A DNA stretch of 64,000 nt from Octopus bimaculoides. Taxonomy: Eukaryota. Under the pieces are notes generated by a model. The model worked only from the letters and a program-made list of their open reading frames with translations, did no database searches and was not told the origin of the DNA. The DNA is taken from contig NC_068984.1 in the NCBI RefSeq assembly GCF_001194135.2, positions 49,075,505-49,139,504 on the forward strand. The letters are read 5' to 3'. A program made the translations under genes and the position numbers. Shown in pieces: positions 12,342-26,105 of the stretch. Position 1 is the stretch's first letter. Every line of letters begins with the position of its first letter.

Positions 12342-12377
12342 GTATTATTACCTCCGCTAAGGCGGAGGTAATAATAC
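12342..12377. repeat. Perfect 16-bp inverted repeat with 4-nt loop
   Basis: gtattattacctccgc-taag-gcggaggtaataatac. Confidence 0.95.
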
Positions 12378-12437
12378 CGTTGGATATCTCTGAGTCACGG
12401 TTCTCCTGGGAACTTCTTTAGATGTTTCTGACATCCC

Positions 12438-12517
<80 letters not shown>

Positions 12518-13226
12518 GCACTCAACAGATTAGACTGTTGGAAAAGAAAAGAATCTTAACATCTGGCTACAAGTAGCCTTCGATGCCGCCTATTGGGTTA
12601 CAGCAAGTAACTTTAGATGCCAAAAACCCTCCTAAGTATCCTAGCTGTCTTTAATAACATTGTTTTCTGCAGCTGAACTAAACTGGGTTTTATGCCTATT
12701 TCCTCTATCCAGCTGTTCAGATCTTTAGGGATAGTTCCCAATGCACGTATAACTACTGTGATACATTTTACCTCGACTTTCCATTGTCTCTGTAATTCAA
12801 TAGCTAGGATCTGGTACTTTGCTACTTTTGCTATCCTTCTCATATTAATTTTTTTCATCATTTGGGACTGCAAAGTCAATTAATTAGTACTTTCTAATCT
12901 CTTTATCTACTACTACCAAATCATGCCTTCTAGCTTCTATTAGTCTGTCAGTCTGCATGTTAAAGTACAACATCTTGTATATCTTACTTTCTAGTAATTT
13001 ACTAGGTTCCTGTTCATACCCTTTATCAAATTCTAGCCTTCTACATAGCACCCAGTGGATTGCTCTCCTTAGACTGACATGTTATATATTTTCATATATT
13101 CTTTCTGTGCCAGCATGCTACATTCACTTACTGTAAGAGTAACGCTTCTCGCTTTTCATTTGCATAATCTACATTGAAAATCTACTTGGTTTTTGTCTAT
13201 CTTGGCTTTTACGCAGTTATTCCTGG
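12518..13226 (-). mobile_element. 3' end of an R4/Dong-type LINE (subfamily A): zinc knuckle, RLE endonuclease, 3' UTR
   Basis: Minus translation CRLCK...SECSML...HWVLC...HDLVVVDK...IIDFAVP...KYQILAIELQRQW...LQKTMLLKTARILRRVFGI*; (ATT)n at 12439-12517 and from 13227. Confidence 0.85.
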
Positions 13227-13374
13227 ATTATTATTATTATTATTATTATTACTATTATTATTATTAATATCATCATCATCATCATCATAATCATCATCAT
13301 CGTCATCATCGTTATTATTGTTGTTGTCGTTGTTGTTGTTTTTGTTTCTGTTGTTGATATTGTTATTATATGTT

Positions 13375-13712
13375 TGACTTTTCCTTTCTATTTGTAGAAG
13401 TTGACTCCAAGTCTCACCCAGGGACCTCAAGAGACAACAAGTTAGAATTTCATGATGGTGTTATGGTTAGGTTTTCATATATTTGGTTTTGCACATAGTA
13501 TTGTTCTAGCGAATTTTTAAGAATACATAAGAAACTTACAAGCTTGTTTTAAAATTTGAGATTACAGAGACAGTATTTTATGTAGGATATGGACAGTTCC
13601 CATGAGCACTATCTTTTGAATTTCAGCCATTTTACGGTTTCCTAGTATCTGAGCAAGGTAGGAATTAGCCCCTTTTGCTATCATTCCTGGGGCACCTATG
13701 ACAACAGGTATT
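13375..13712 (-). mobile_element. 3' end of an R4/Dong-type LINE (subfamily C)
   Basis: Minus translation PVVIGAPGMIAKGANSYLAQILGNRKMAEIQKIVLMGTVHILHKILSL*; flanked by ATT/GTT arrays on both sides. Confidence 0.8.
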
Positions 13713-13719
13713 GTTTCAG

Positions 13720-13789
13720 TCAATTATTTTAGTTATTTTAGTTGTTGCTGTTGTTATTATTATTACTATTATTATTATTACTACTACTG

Positions 13790-13855
<66 letters not shown>

Positions 13856-13866
13856 TTATTATTATT
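13720..13866. repeat. Compound trinucleotide microsatellite (GTT/ATT/ACT)
   Basis: In-phase succession of GTT, ATT, long ACT and ATT runs. Confidence 0.95.
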
Positions 13867-15659
13867 TCAAATAGTTTGATTTGGCTTCTCAGGATTCTTA
13901 GACACTTAGCTATTCCAGGTACAGTTTGTGTGTGTGCGTGCGCGCACGCGTGTGTGTGTTTATACACACATGTATATATATAGAGAGAGATAGGTATATG
14001 GATAATAAGAGAGAAGGTGAAAGAGATAGAGAGTGGCAGGGATATCTATCAACAGTTGGCGGAGTGTGGAAGAAACCCTGTTTCAGGTTATTGCCTTCAT
14101 TCAGAAGTTCTTTAGACTCACATACGCACATATATATGCAAGCATATATCATGCATACATACAAACATATACATATTCATACACACTCGTGCATGCATAC
14201 ACATATGTATCGTTTTTTTTTATTATCAGAACAAGCTTAACCACGAACTATCAAAAGAAGTCCTTGCAGACAAGCATAATTGTTGATAAAACCTTTTAGA
14301 AACTAATTTTATCTAACAAATTGTAATTTAGAAATGAAGTCATTAAACACTAAAATATCTACCTGAACAAGTATATATAAAATCTGTCAAGGTTACCACG
14401 CAGTAAGGAAAAGTTTACCAACAGTAATCAAAGGATGTGTGTAGGAGGGAATACTCATATGAGATAAAAGAGATTAACTTATTTCCTATGTTACAATGAA
14501 ATAATAGCACTACAGTAACTAGAAATTACAAAAATTATATTCTGTATTTGTTGTTTTTTTTTTTTATTGGTGAGTACATATAAGTTTTAAAAGTTAATAT
14601 TTCCTAAGGCAATGCATCAGCGTCTGTTTTCATTGAGTAGGATTTAGAGCTTAATATGTATGATTTTTCTCTTAGGTAGCGAAATATTAATCATAGATAA
14701 TATATTAAGATGATATTTAAAAATGCGTTATGACAAAAGATGTATTTCAACCAATTTTCACCAATGCATTTATACCAATGTGAAAAGTAAAATGGGAACA
14801 AAATCTCGTTTGAGGAATAAGGGAAGCATGTGTATCTGTATCATTATCTGTCATATCAATAAACTCATGCTCACTCTTATATTTTACTCCCTCTAAAACA
14901 CACGTTTAAATTCCCTTATAGCTATATACATTTTTATGCATGAATACGTCAAGCAGGATGCGTGTAGGTACCCATTAGATTTTTGAAGCACATTTACATT
15001 AAAGCTTATTTACAGAAAACATTTATAGGAATGAATTTTGTGAGGAACTGGTGAGGGCAAAATATTTTGGTATAATTTTCAAAGAGATTTTTGTCGAAAT
15101 TCTCGATGTTGATGGAAAGATAAAAGCGTATGATAATGAATATGTTACACTAAACATCATGGCATATTTAAAATATCTAAAAGTTTTATAAATTGTGTCC
15201 CTGCATGAGGAAATTCTTTCTGAGAGTCTGTGAAAGATTTATTAATTTTTTTTTTTTAAATCTCGTATGGTTCTGCAGCACGAAGTGTTCTTTCGATTGC
15301 TATTGCATTACATAGAATTTGTGAATATTATATCATTTATATATAATATCATAAATATGATATTGAGTATAATATATTTAATTTTTTATTCAAAAAATGA
15401 GAACACTGAAAAATGCTTACTTCTGTTTTGTCCAGAGTTGAAAACCTTCTATTGTACCGAGATTTAATCGAATTTTTGTGAAGTATATATATATATATAT
15501 ATAGCTAGCGGTTGTGTTAACCTCATGAAGGGATGGTTTCATGCAAGGAAATACTGGTTCAATACCTAGTATATTTGAGGAATGAATTTCCTTAAAATAA
15601 TATATATAGATATAAAATACATACAGCTTATATTCATTTCAAAGAAAAATGTGTACTTT

Positions 15660-16070
15660 AGGAAGTTAATAATTGGTACAACGCGAATACAAAAGACGCC
15701 ATGGCAATGTGACAAGAATGATCAATTGGGAGCTCTGTGGAAATCACGGCAACCTTCAGAAGCAGTCATGATAATTAGAATTACAAAATCCTGTGGGATG
15801 GAATGATCCACTGCGATCATTAGATATGATAAGAAAAAAAAAACATGCAGACAAGTATATAACAGAGACACCAGGTCTTACAATTATATATAACATACAG
15901 AAAGTAGCACTATTAGGCTCTGCACACTTCCTACGTAAAACACTTTCAATACAATGGAAATAAGAGCACCACAACAAACCACAGCACATACCCAAGGCAC
16001 ACAGAGCTACGCTCGATAAAGCAGTGAAAGCATGTGATAAGAATAAGACTACTGAATAATAGTAACAACA
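15660..16070 (+). mobile_element. R4/Dong-type LINE C-terminal fragments with (AAC/AAT)n tail
   Basis: KRRHGNVTRMINWELC...YKILWDGMIHCD then ADKYITETPGLTIIYNIQKVALLGSAHFLRKTLSIQ* and the subfamily B UTR; tail at 16060-16150. Confidence 0.8.
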
Positions 16071-16114
16071 ACAACAACAGCAATAATAATAATAATAATG
16101 ATAATAATAATAAT

Positions 16115-16148
<34 letters not shown>

Positions 16149-16228
16149 TATGCATAATTATTTATATATGTGTGTATGTGTGCACATACACGATGTCCTC
16201 TTTCCCTGACTCGCTATACATATGCGTG

Positions 16229-16259
<31 letters not shown>

Positions 16260-16899
16260 ATAAGTGTGTGTGTGTGTTTGTGTGTGTGTGTGTCTGTGCG
16301 TGTGTTTATGCACGTACACATATTTATATATATGTATATATGTACACGCACACACATAGATAATGCATGTATATATACATACACGCTTTGCCTCATCCTA
16401 AATTTTGTTTCCCTGCTGCCTATGTGCTGTTGAAATTACTCATCTTCCTTAAATCTGTCATCAGGCAATTTGGGTCACAAGATGTGAGTCTGTGTTATTC
16501 ATACCCTTTTCGAGTATCTGGTAGATATGTAAATACCGGGGTTCAAGTTCAAATTTGGCATTGTGTAACACAGTCGCATCTTCTGGATTTTGTCTCTAGC
16601 ATATTGATTAATTGATGTATTCTTATATTTTAATATCTCGTTGTAATCATACAAATTAATATCAATCTCTTTTCGAAGTATATTTTATTGCTGTAGGCTG
16701 TTTTATATTCACGTCGTTAGCTTAGAATATTTTGTCAAATATTTTGTTGGCAAGAAAGTGATTTTGTTTTCCGCAAATAGACTTACAACTCTTTTTTAAT
16801 GAATTTTGTCAATGTTATGATTTTTTTCATTGTGACATTTCATAGCCTTTACTTTTAGCTTACCTGAGGAGCAAAATTGCGCATAATTTTGTTTACAGT

Positions 16900-17403
16900 T
16901 ATTAGTTCAGGTTAGTTTTACATGGAGTGCAAAAACGAACATTTTCCCCATATTTTGCTTTATTTCCGTAAAGGCAAGAAAGCGGCTAAGGCTCACAAAG
17001 AGATATGTGAAGTGTATGGTGTTGATTGCTTAATAGTGCGGTTTTAAAATTTCTGTTCTGGAGATTTTCTACTCTAAGCTGACTAAAGTTCTGGTTGAAC
17101 TACTGAAGTCGATGATGACCGAATCAGAGATTGTAGAGGTGAAATATATCACACACAATTGAAACTGACTTAAAATGTCTTGGTCTCGTCAAGAAGCTTG
17201 ATATTTGGGTTGCACATAAATTGAAAGAGATTCAAATTAACACAATACATCAATATTTTCGATATGCATTTCAAACGCAATGAAATCGACCTCTTTTTTA
17301 AACGAATCATCACTGGTGAGGAAAAATGGATTGTCTACAATAACATCAATCGGAAGCGATCATGGTCCAAGCGTATTGAAGCAGCTCAAACCACATCGAA
17401 AGT
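16900..17403 (+). mobile_element. Mariner transposase fragment, decayed
   Basis: MECKNEHFPHILL-YFRKGKKAAKAHKEICEVYG...WVAHKLKE...FKRIITGEEKWIVYNNINRKRSW (WVPHEL and TGDEKW motifs); ends before the rest of the catalytic domain. Confidence 0.9.
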
Positions 17404-17419
17404 CTGGTACTTCAACGTA

Positions 17420-18560
17420 TGTGTTATAAGTGTTGATGCCTTGGACACAATAACAATTTTACTTTTGCTTGTGTATTGTGGATATTTCTAATAGTACTTT
17501 CTTATGGTTGACTACATCATTTTTTCCCCAATCTTCGTAAAATATTCAATGTAGTGAACATTTTACAATAAATTTCCAGTAGCATATGACCTGTGCCTCA
17601 TAACATCTGTAGTAAATATAATATCATTTGGTGTGGTGTATTTAAAATGCATCATTCCTGCTTTCCTGTATATCCTTATTAGTTATTTTAGCATAAATTT
17701 GAGAATATTCTAATCATACTTATATTTGCCCAAGCTTTAAATTTCAATGTATTACGTATATAATGTTCGTTTCAAACAGTTTCTTTCGTTTCTGTGCTCT
17801 TTACCAAGCCTAATCCATTCATTACTTAGTAATCGTAATTGCATTTATTTCAATTATCGTATTCTCTATTTCTTTAACTGACATTTATTTATCGTATCAG
17901 TATTCTTAAGTTTTGCAGCGTAGGTTACTGACCTGAGTTTCGTTTCCATTTTCTAATAACAATAATGCCAGCATTATATAATCAGAAGTGTACAACTTAA
18001 TGCCTTACATTCACAAAACATATTTAATTGGTCTACCATGAAATTTGTGTCCGTGTCCAGTCTGTTTTTAATTTGTTGCTTAAATGTGTTAGAAACAGGC
18101 AGAAAAAAATGAAGAGAGGCAATTTCCTTATAACAGAGATGGGATTTGTCCTTGTGCTGTTTTCTAATGTTTGTATGTGCAGCGAAGTTTGCCATTTATT
18201 CATGACAGTATTATTATTGGTATCGTCCACTAGTTTCTAACATTTCAAGGAATTTGTGTGGGGTACACAGTCAAGTATATTCTGGCGGTTACTTCATGCA
18301 ATGCTTAAACTTTTCGTTGTACTATTGCAGTCTTCGATCGGAGTTTGTTCAGTAATGCATCATTAAAACTACATAATTCTTTGAACCATTACATTTTTAT
18401 ATTCAACCGCTTGAAATTTTTTTTTTTTTTCCTTTTTCACTTATTTATCATTTGCTACAGGATTGTCATTATGGTCTTTCAAGCTGTGGACGTGTAGATT
18501 ATGGGTTTGTAGTTATGAGTGTTTACTAATTCTACACAGTTGTAATTATGATGGATTTTT
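17420..18560 (-). mobile_element. RTE-type LINE fragment, AP endonuclease region, heavily decayed
   Basis: Minus strand IIYTST (QVYAPT-like), MANFAA (MGDFNA-like), SNTFKQ..WTRT, DQLNMF (NQIDY-like), SDY (SDH-like) in the expected order. Confidence 0.5.
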
Positions 18561-18749
18561 CATTCCGTGAACTATTTACATGCTGTTTCCAGCTAAGAGT
18601 TTGCTTGTTGAATGATGCAATCAGCGGTTTAGGATAAAATATTCCACGGTGTATTCCATCTTTTCGTTTTCTCTTTTTTATTTCTCTCCCTTCGTTTTTT
18701 TTTTTTTTTTTCCTCTGGTCTAATCCTTTACTCTTTAGTCTCCCGGCTT

Positions 18750-19650
18750 CGTTGACAATTAGGTCCGTGCTGAATTTTTCACTGTCCATTTCTGTCTCGA
18801 ACGGTTGTTCTACTACTCCCGTTGTTGTGTTGATGCTGCTGCAACGTTATATTTTTAATTTGATCTAGTTATTCACGAAAATTTATTGAGTCGTTATTGC
18901 TTTTCAAATCAACGGAATTGTTGCGATTTAATGAAGATATCTCATATTTCTGTATTATCTGTCGCTTCTGTTTGTGTTTTTTTTTTTTCCATATATACTT
19001 TTATTAGTAATTTCGTTGAAGATTGGAGTATGCAGTCTGCCATTTTGTTTATGTTTTGTATGTTTGTTTATCATGCTGCTTGCGTGGTTTGTGATAGTTA
19101 TATTCGAATAGATTGAAGGTAATACTCACCTTGCTTTGTAACGGTTGTTGCGACCGTATGCCATTTTGTTTATATTGTATTGATGTTTCTGTCTGTCTCT
19201 GTTGGTTCCAAAATCGACAGGTTTTCTTTTCTATTATTATTGTTGTGTCTTTGAGTTTGGATTTATTTGAGGAAAACTTTCATTGGCCCATAGCAAGATC
19301 TGTTGAATTCAACGTTTATCACATTTAAGTGATCATATTCTGAATTTGCATCTTCTGAATTTTCTGTTTGAAAACATTCTCTTATCTATATTTTTGGTTA
19401 GTATTCTGTAAGTGTTCAGATGTGATATTTTTTTTAATTTTGTTATTTATTTCGTGTTTAGGTCGATCTTAGCTAACGTTCTCAATGTTGTAATTGCGCA
19501 GTTTTATTCTCCTTGTTTGATTATTCCATTCTTTTATTTTTATCGTTTTTATGTTTTTGCTGAGTTCTTGCTTTTAAGCTCGGCTGACAGCACTGCTATC
19601 TCTACTGAATTTATCTTGAACTGGTAAATACATGTATCAGTGCTTCTACA
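18750..19650 (-). mobile_element. R4/Dong-type LINE N-terminal fragment, decayed
   Basis: INKMAY(A)VATTVTK and KSQQFR*FEKQ*RLNKF align to LNQLPYATVAAMTD and AKAQQLSRYIKKR..QNKLF of the 7988-10613 element. Confidence 0.5.
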
Positions 19651-20266
19651 ATGATCATAGATGATGTGCATATATATATTGAGTAATCTTCATACGTTTA
19701 TATCCTGGTTTCTTTTATACTGTGTATTCCAGGAAGGGAAGAGAAAATAAAAATAAAAGGAATTTGGTCAATTTTCCCATGCTTTTGTTAATCGTTTTCT
19801 ATGCTCTTGTATGTGGTTCCAAAATTATTTTGACGGGTAACCTTTTAATCGTCCCTTTTCATGTAAGAAACGTTTTCTCAGCGATACATTACTGGTTGTA
19901 AGTCCAACTAAAATCTACTGACCTGATATCCCAAAACCCCGACTTTTAGTGATGCCCAAACAAACTTGAAAACGTGCTGTCAAGCACTCAAACTATGTGA
20001 CACGTTAGAATAATGAAATTATAGAAACATAATTGTGTAAGTGATGAGTTAACACATTTTTATTACAACTTCTCCTATCACAATTATTAATAATGTTGAT
20101 GATAAGTATGCACCCTAACAAACCGGAATCATATCTCCGATCTCACACTTTCTTTCGTCCTCTGTAAATATATGTGGTCTTCTTGGTTCTGTTACTCGTG
20201 CTCATTATCACAGACTCTGGTTTGTGTTCATACCACTTTTCTGCTATTACGAATCCACCCCTCTAG

Positions 20267-20339
20267 CTGAGGAGGTATCATAAAACTGAGATACATCAAG
20301 AATTGTCTCTGCTAATGACCAGAAAAGGGAAGTCATTAG
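20267..20339 (+). CDS. Candidate internal exon of an unidentified host gene (LRRYHKTEIHQELSLLMTRKGKSL)
   Basis: Pyrimidine-rich acceptor ...cccctctag, 73 nt with one open frame, donor AG|GTAATA; no homology recognised. Confidence 0.25.
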
Positions 20340-20799
20340 GTAATATTACATGTTTCTGATTGCATATTTCTATTTCCTCTTTCAAAGTCCCAGCATTAAA
20401 TATATTAAACTCTCAAGCTACCGAGTCTCATTCATATACATGTCGTTTCTGTATTGTTTCTGCAAACATATGTTATCTTGTCTATATACTCATTCATTCA
20501 TCACTTCTTCTTCCTCTAGTATAGTAGAGAGTAATCTTCACCGATAGGTTCAGAATAATACCGAAACACTGTGAGCATTGTCTCCCGTAGTTGCTAGGAA
20601 AAGGAAAATTATATTATTTATTGACTGATATTGTTTGCTCTTCACTCTAACATATCGAATATCGACTTATTATATATTACCCTTTCATTGGCTCCAGCCA
20701 TTGTTTCCTAGTCATGTTACAGTACTGAAAAAGAATATTACAAACAGTATCTCCTTAGTAAAATACACATCTTTCTTTTTTCTTTATTTCTCATCCTCT

Positions 20800-21102
20800 C
20801 ACTCTTTCCCGCCATCTCTCTTTTTCTCTCTCTCCTCTCTTTGTTTCTCTCCCTCTCTCTTTCTCTCTCCTCTCTTTCTCTCTCCCTCTCTCTCCCATCT
20901 TTCTCTCTCTCCCTCTCTCTTTCTCTCTCCCCCTCTCCCTTTCTCTCTCTCCCTCTCTCTCTGTCTCTCTCCCCCTCTCCCTTTCTCTCTCTCCTTCTCT
21001 CTCTTTCTCTCTCCCCTCTCTCCCTCTCTCTCTTTCTCTCTCCCCCTCTCCCTTTCTCTCTCTCCCTCTCTCTTTCTCTCTCTCACACACACACTCTTTT
21101 TC

Positions 21103-21165
<63 letters not shown>

Positions 21166-21167
21166 GT

Positions 21168-21221
<54 letters not shown>

Positions 21222-21230
21222 GTCTCTCTC
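20800..21230. repeat. Degenerate (CT)n followed by (TATC)n microsatellite
   Basis: Pyrimidine-only tract then TATC run; source of several spurious ORFs. Confidence 0.95.
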
Positions 21231-22297
21231 TATTTCCTTTCATCAATATATCATGTCTTAGTAAAATCAATTGCAACCCCAACATCCATATCTGAAATAT
21301 CAATATATTAATTACTAAACAATAACTTTGTTTATTTATTTATTTATTTATTTTTGAAAGATGCGTGTGAGTTTTGCAAACTTCATCTACCACCCTTTAT
21401 AATACTCATGTTTAGGTAATAATAATGTGTCCCGCTTAAGGCCAAAACATAGCACCAGTATCTATAAAGATGGTTTGAGCACACAATTCTAGTACCTCCA
21501 ATATTTCTATTCGCTATTCTCTTTTTACTTACTAACCAGAAGCACTTCATCTGTGAAATGATAAACAGAAATTCAGTTTACTGTACTGACTCATCCGTTT
21601 CTATTGGCAACTACTAAATTATGCATTCAGTACCGTTTGTTTTATTGAATTTATCTATTTATTTTGTTTTCCTTTATATCTTAGGGAAAAGTGTTGTTTT
21701 AGTTTGCTGTGTTATTGTATTGTTATATTTATTATTGTTGCGAATTTGTTTGTGATTGTTGATGTTTATATAAAGGGGGTGGGTGCATTATTTCACAACA
21801 TTGATGGAAGAGGTTTGTTTGATTTTTGTATATCTTTAGCCACTTGTATTGAGTATCTGTGTGTATGTGTGTGCGTGTGTGCTTTAGTGTGTGAGTGTGC
21901 ATGTGTACGTGCGTGTGTGAGTAAATGTGTACGCGCGTGTATGTATGCGCGTGTGCTTGTGCGCGTGTGTTTTTATATTCGAAAACCAATAAAGGATCCG
22001 TTGGTGATGATGTTGTTGGGGAGGAAAGGAAGAGGAAAATGAAAAGGGTGAAGCGAAAGAGAATCTGTAGGAAGAAGCGGATGAGGAGCAGCAGCAGGAG
22101 GAGGCGAAGGGTAGATGGAGAAATGCTTATTTTGCAGACCTGTTCAAAGCAAGCTTTTCGGCTTTGAAAAAAAATGTCTATTAAATCAATTTTTCAGCGC
22201 TGATGGTGGCGAAGAGGGTGAGTATGAGAAAGAAAAGGACGCAAAAGAGATGTAATAGGAGGGAGAGAGGAATTGCAAAATAGGGGGTAGAAAAAAG

Positions 22298-22312
22298 ATC
22301 ATGATGATGATG

Positions 22313-22371
<59 letters not shown>

Positions 22372-22443
22372 TAGTTTTATTATTACTATTATTATTATTA
22401 CTATTATTATTATTGTTGTTGTTGTTATTACTATTATTATTAC

Positions 22444-22488
<45 letters not shown>

Positions 22489-22540
22489 CATCATCATCGT
22501 CATCATCATTATCAGCACCATCATCATCATCGTTATCATT
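22298..22540. repeat. Compound (ATG/ATT/GTT/ATC)n microsatellite
   Basis: In-phase trinucleotide runs. Confidence 0.95.
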
Positions 22541-22544
22541 GTCA

Positions 22545-23400
22545 TTGAGCCTGAAATGTCATTGTCTTCTTGCGGTCGAGCTGACACTAACACTATCCTT
22601 AAATATAACAGCATCGCGCGCACAATCCACCAAGGCTCCCCAATTTGCTTCATCGCAAAGTAAACTTGTTAATGTATGAACAGAAAAATAAACATGGACA
22701 CATTCAACGAACCACACTTCCAATGGGACTTTGCCCACGCACCATATGACAATAATATAGACCCCACACCATATGACAATTACATAATCCAGATGTACTT
22801 TAGACTCCACTAACGAAGGCTGTAAAACAAATTCCAATTCAACGGGGGAAATTCAATGCACTTGCTTCAGCTGCAAGAATTAGCAGCCAATTCTAAACCT
22901 CGTTGTTGTTTAGTCATAAGAAAAGGAAGGATAATATTCATGAACTTCGTTGGTCCTCCGTAATGAGTGATCTCGGTATAAACATCAACTTGAACTTGGC
23001 GCTGTGGAGGGGTTGTGCATAGGGCAAGGAAAATAAGGCTCGAGTGATGGTGCCTTTACTGTAAATACTGCGGCATTGAGGAAAAAGGCACGTCTGATAT
23101 ATAATTTGCTTGTTCAGAAAGTATAAGTATGAGATGGTCATCGATTGAATACCTTTTACCCTGAGTGCGATGACTGTTCCCCCTATGGCCAGCTGCATGC
23201 AGAGTGAAAGCCTAACACAAGTAGGGTTCTTTACTTGTCTTCATTGCCTCCTTTCTTATTGTCCATGCGCTTATGAAGAAAGCGTGATGCTGTTGGTTCC
23301 GGTGTCTTGGTTTACCGATCTTCCTTTCCTGCCCGATGAATATTATAATAGTTAGTATGTTTTATGCAAAACCGACTCTCTTCTTTCGTCTTTCAAACTT
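22545..23400 (+). mobile_element. Possible ancient LINE RT remnant
   Basis: Weak motif-like strings in order (HQGSPI; VMSDLGININ; IYNLLVQK); highly degraded. Confidence 0.3.
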
Positions 23401-25429
23401 GTATTGGTCTGATGTAACAAGTATGGTAAGCCTAATATTTATCCCCATGAAGGATTTTTAAGGAGTTACTTTCGCTTAAATGACCTGCAATAGAATTGAA
23501 GGTTCTCAACAGTCCTCAGTCCATTGGGATGCCTGTGAGTGACTCTCTTCTGGACGCAATTCCATGACTTAAGCCATAACTAGGATCCGGGCAAGTGCTA
23601 CTACTTCGGGTCAGAGAAGACCTGGGAATTATAGTGACTCAGAAGTGATTCTACATTCTTTAAAACCCTGGAACTTCAGAGCAATTGCCTCACCGCCAGA
23701 TGTTCTTTGAAGTCACACTCATCACAACAGCTACCATCAACTTTATGAGTATCATTACTTCAACGACTATTACCTGCTTCATCGTACCATACTAATCTCC
23801 TTCGTCTGGCAATGGCACATCATCTACTATCAGCACTGAGATTTATCTGGCTAAAACGTAAATATGTCAAGTGAACAAGAGTCTGTTGTCATGGTAATGG
23901 CTATAATGCAGCGATGGTCAGTCTTTGAAACTTCGAACCCCCTTGTCTGAAAATCTTATACTGTCAACCATCTGCAAAGGCATAAGGGCTATAATAAGGA
24001 AGTAACGACAAATAACATTTTAAAAATGCTCATTGATTATAGATCTTATATTTCATTCGCACATTACAAAAGGGTGCTATTTTAAGATTTTATTTCAGCC
24101 GAGGACCTTTGGAAGCGCTCAATCAATATATAGTCGAGATCTCCAACTTTTTACTATGAATTTGTGTATCCCTGTTAAATATCATTTTGTTAACTTGCAA
24201 TGCTAAGTTCTACACTTCACATGCATACATCCGTTAAGTGAGATATATTCCAGTTGTTTAGCGTTAGCTTACTGTAGAGGATTCCTCGGTGGTCAGCAAT
24301 GTAGTCAAGAATTTTGCTTAGATTAGTTTTAAATCAGAATTTCTTTGAATATTTCTCTAAAATCGCTACCACTTCAATAAACAAATCTTTCTTCTCGCAA
24401 GCAATACGCTGATGAAATTACAACAGTGTCTCTGAATTTCCTTTTAAAATCGATATATTGTGTTCAACTGAACAGTATTTTTCTACAAGGTTTGAAAACA
24501 CGACTGTCTTAACATAATTAAGTTCATTGTCCTACAAAATAAGAATACCCTCAAAACTATGGTCTTGGTTGTCTCAGAAATCGTATTGGACAAGTTCCCA
24601 AAGGTACCAGGTGAAAAAGAAATTAGTTTAATGAAACTAGTTATCTAAAAGTATTAAACCATACGATGAAAACGAGCGATTTTTCAACAGTTTGCTAATG
24701 TGAAAGTGAAATATAACGCTTAACTATAGAACGAGTGATATGGCAGCTACTGGTTTAACACATTGTGGTCAAAATCTACTTGGTACAACAGTGTTTTCAG
24801 CATGTAGAGATGATCACAACAAGTATGAGTTATGAAATAGTCAAATATACAGATGAATATGTAGTTAATTGAAGAAAACATATTTCTACAGGTTAATAAA
24901 AACAATTGATTTATAATTTAGATAACCTTTCGATGAACTTGTTTATAATTGCAGAGTTATTTTATTTCACTTACACTGATGCTATTTCTAGGAAAAGCTT
25001 GGAAAGTAAATTATACCATATATTTTGAATATAAAACGCTTGTGCCAAATTCATGTTCTGGTGAATGTTGTAGAGAAGAGCAAAGCAATCGCGATAGCAT
25101 TAACGCTAACGTTTCTATCTTTTTTTATTGGACCTAACGTGGTATCACTGTATTATCACACGACCTGCTGAAAATAGCAGGGAAATTTTATTTGAGTCAT
25201 ACTTTACTATTTGTTGCTTTAAAAACAATGGAGTAGAAACAGTGCTGTAAAAATGAATTCAGTCCCTGATATACGAAAAGATGGACTTCTCAGACTTTTA
25301 AGGGACAATACAGAATATCAATGCTGTTCGATCAGTAGTGCCATGAGAATAAACAAAATCAAAATAATTGTCTCAGCAACTATCATTTCTCATATTATGC
25401 AATCAATATTATATCTACCTATCTATCTA

Positions 25430-25462
<33 letters not shown>

Positions 25463-25798
25463 NNNNNNNNNNNNNNNNNNNNNNNNNNNNNNNNNNNNNN
25501 NNNNNNNNNNNNNNNNNNNNNNNNNNNNNNNNNNNNNNNNNNNNNNNNNNNNNNNNNNNNNNNNNNNNNNNNNNNNNNNNNNNNNNNNNNNNNNNNNNNN
25601 NNNNNNNNNNNNNNNNNNNNNNNNNNNNNNNNNNNNNNNNNNNNNNNNNNNNNNNNNNNNNNNNNNNNNNNNNNNNNNNNNNNNNNNNNNNNNNNNNNNN
25701 NNNNNNNNNNNNNNNNNNNNNNNNNNNNNNNNNNNNNNNNNNNNNNNNNNNNNNNNNNNNNNNNNNNNNNNNNNNNNNNNNNNNNNNNNNNNNNNNNN

Positions 25799-25830
<32 letters not shown>

Positions 25831-25892
25831 CACACAGACACACACGCACACACACATACACGCACACACACACACACACACTATATATATAT

Positions 25893-26105
25893 AAGGGCAG
25901 TAAGCTGACAGAACCGTTAGCACTTCGGATAAAATGTTTAAGCGGCATCTCTTCCGGATTTACTTTCTGAGTACAAGCTTTGCATTTCATCCCTTCAGGG
26001 TCGATAAAATAAGTACCAGTTGAGTCCTGGGGTTGATGTAATTGATTTGCTCCTTCCCCGAAAATCTTTGTGCACAGTCATTGTGCATTTAGTAGAAAAG
26101 ATTAT
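25893..26105 (+). mobile_element. tRNA-derived SINE, family 2 (Meta-domain-like)
   Basis: gttagcac..., gcatttcatcccttcagggtcgataaaataagtaccagtt, tail agtagaaaagattat. Confidence 0.8.

Noticed and set aside
7988-13226. Idea that the 7988-10613 (+) and 12518-13226 (-) fragments are one inverted element
   Set aside because: They do not overlap, are separated by unrelated elements, and the 3' piece has its own AAT flanks on both sides, favouring independent insertion.
22186-22653. ORF starting MKQIGEPWWIVRAMLLYLRIVLVSARPQED, resembling a signal peptide
   Set aside because: Runs straight into a trinucleotide microsatellite, has no donor site, and the opposite strand looks like a LINE remnant.
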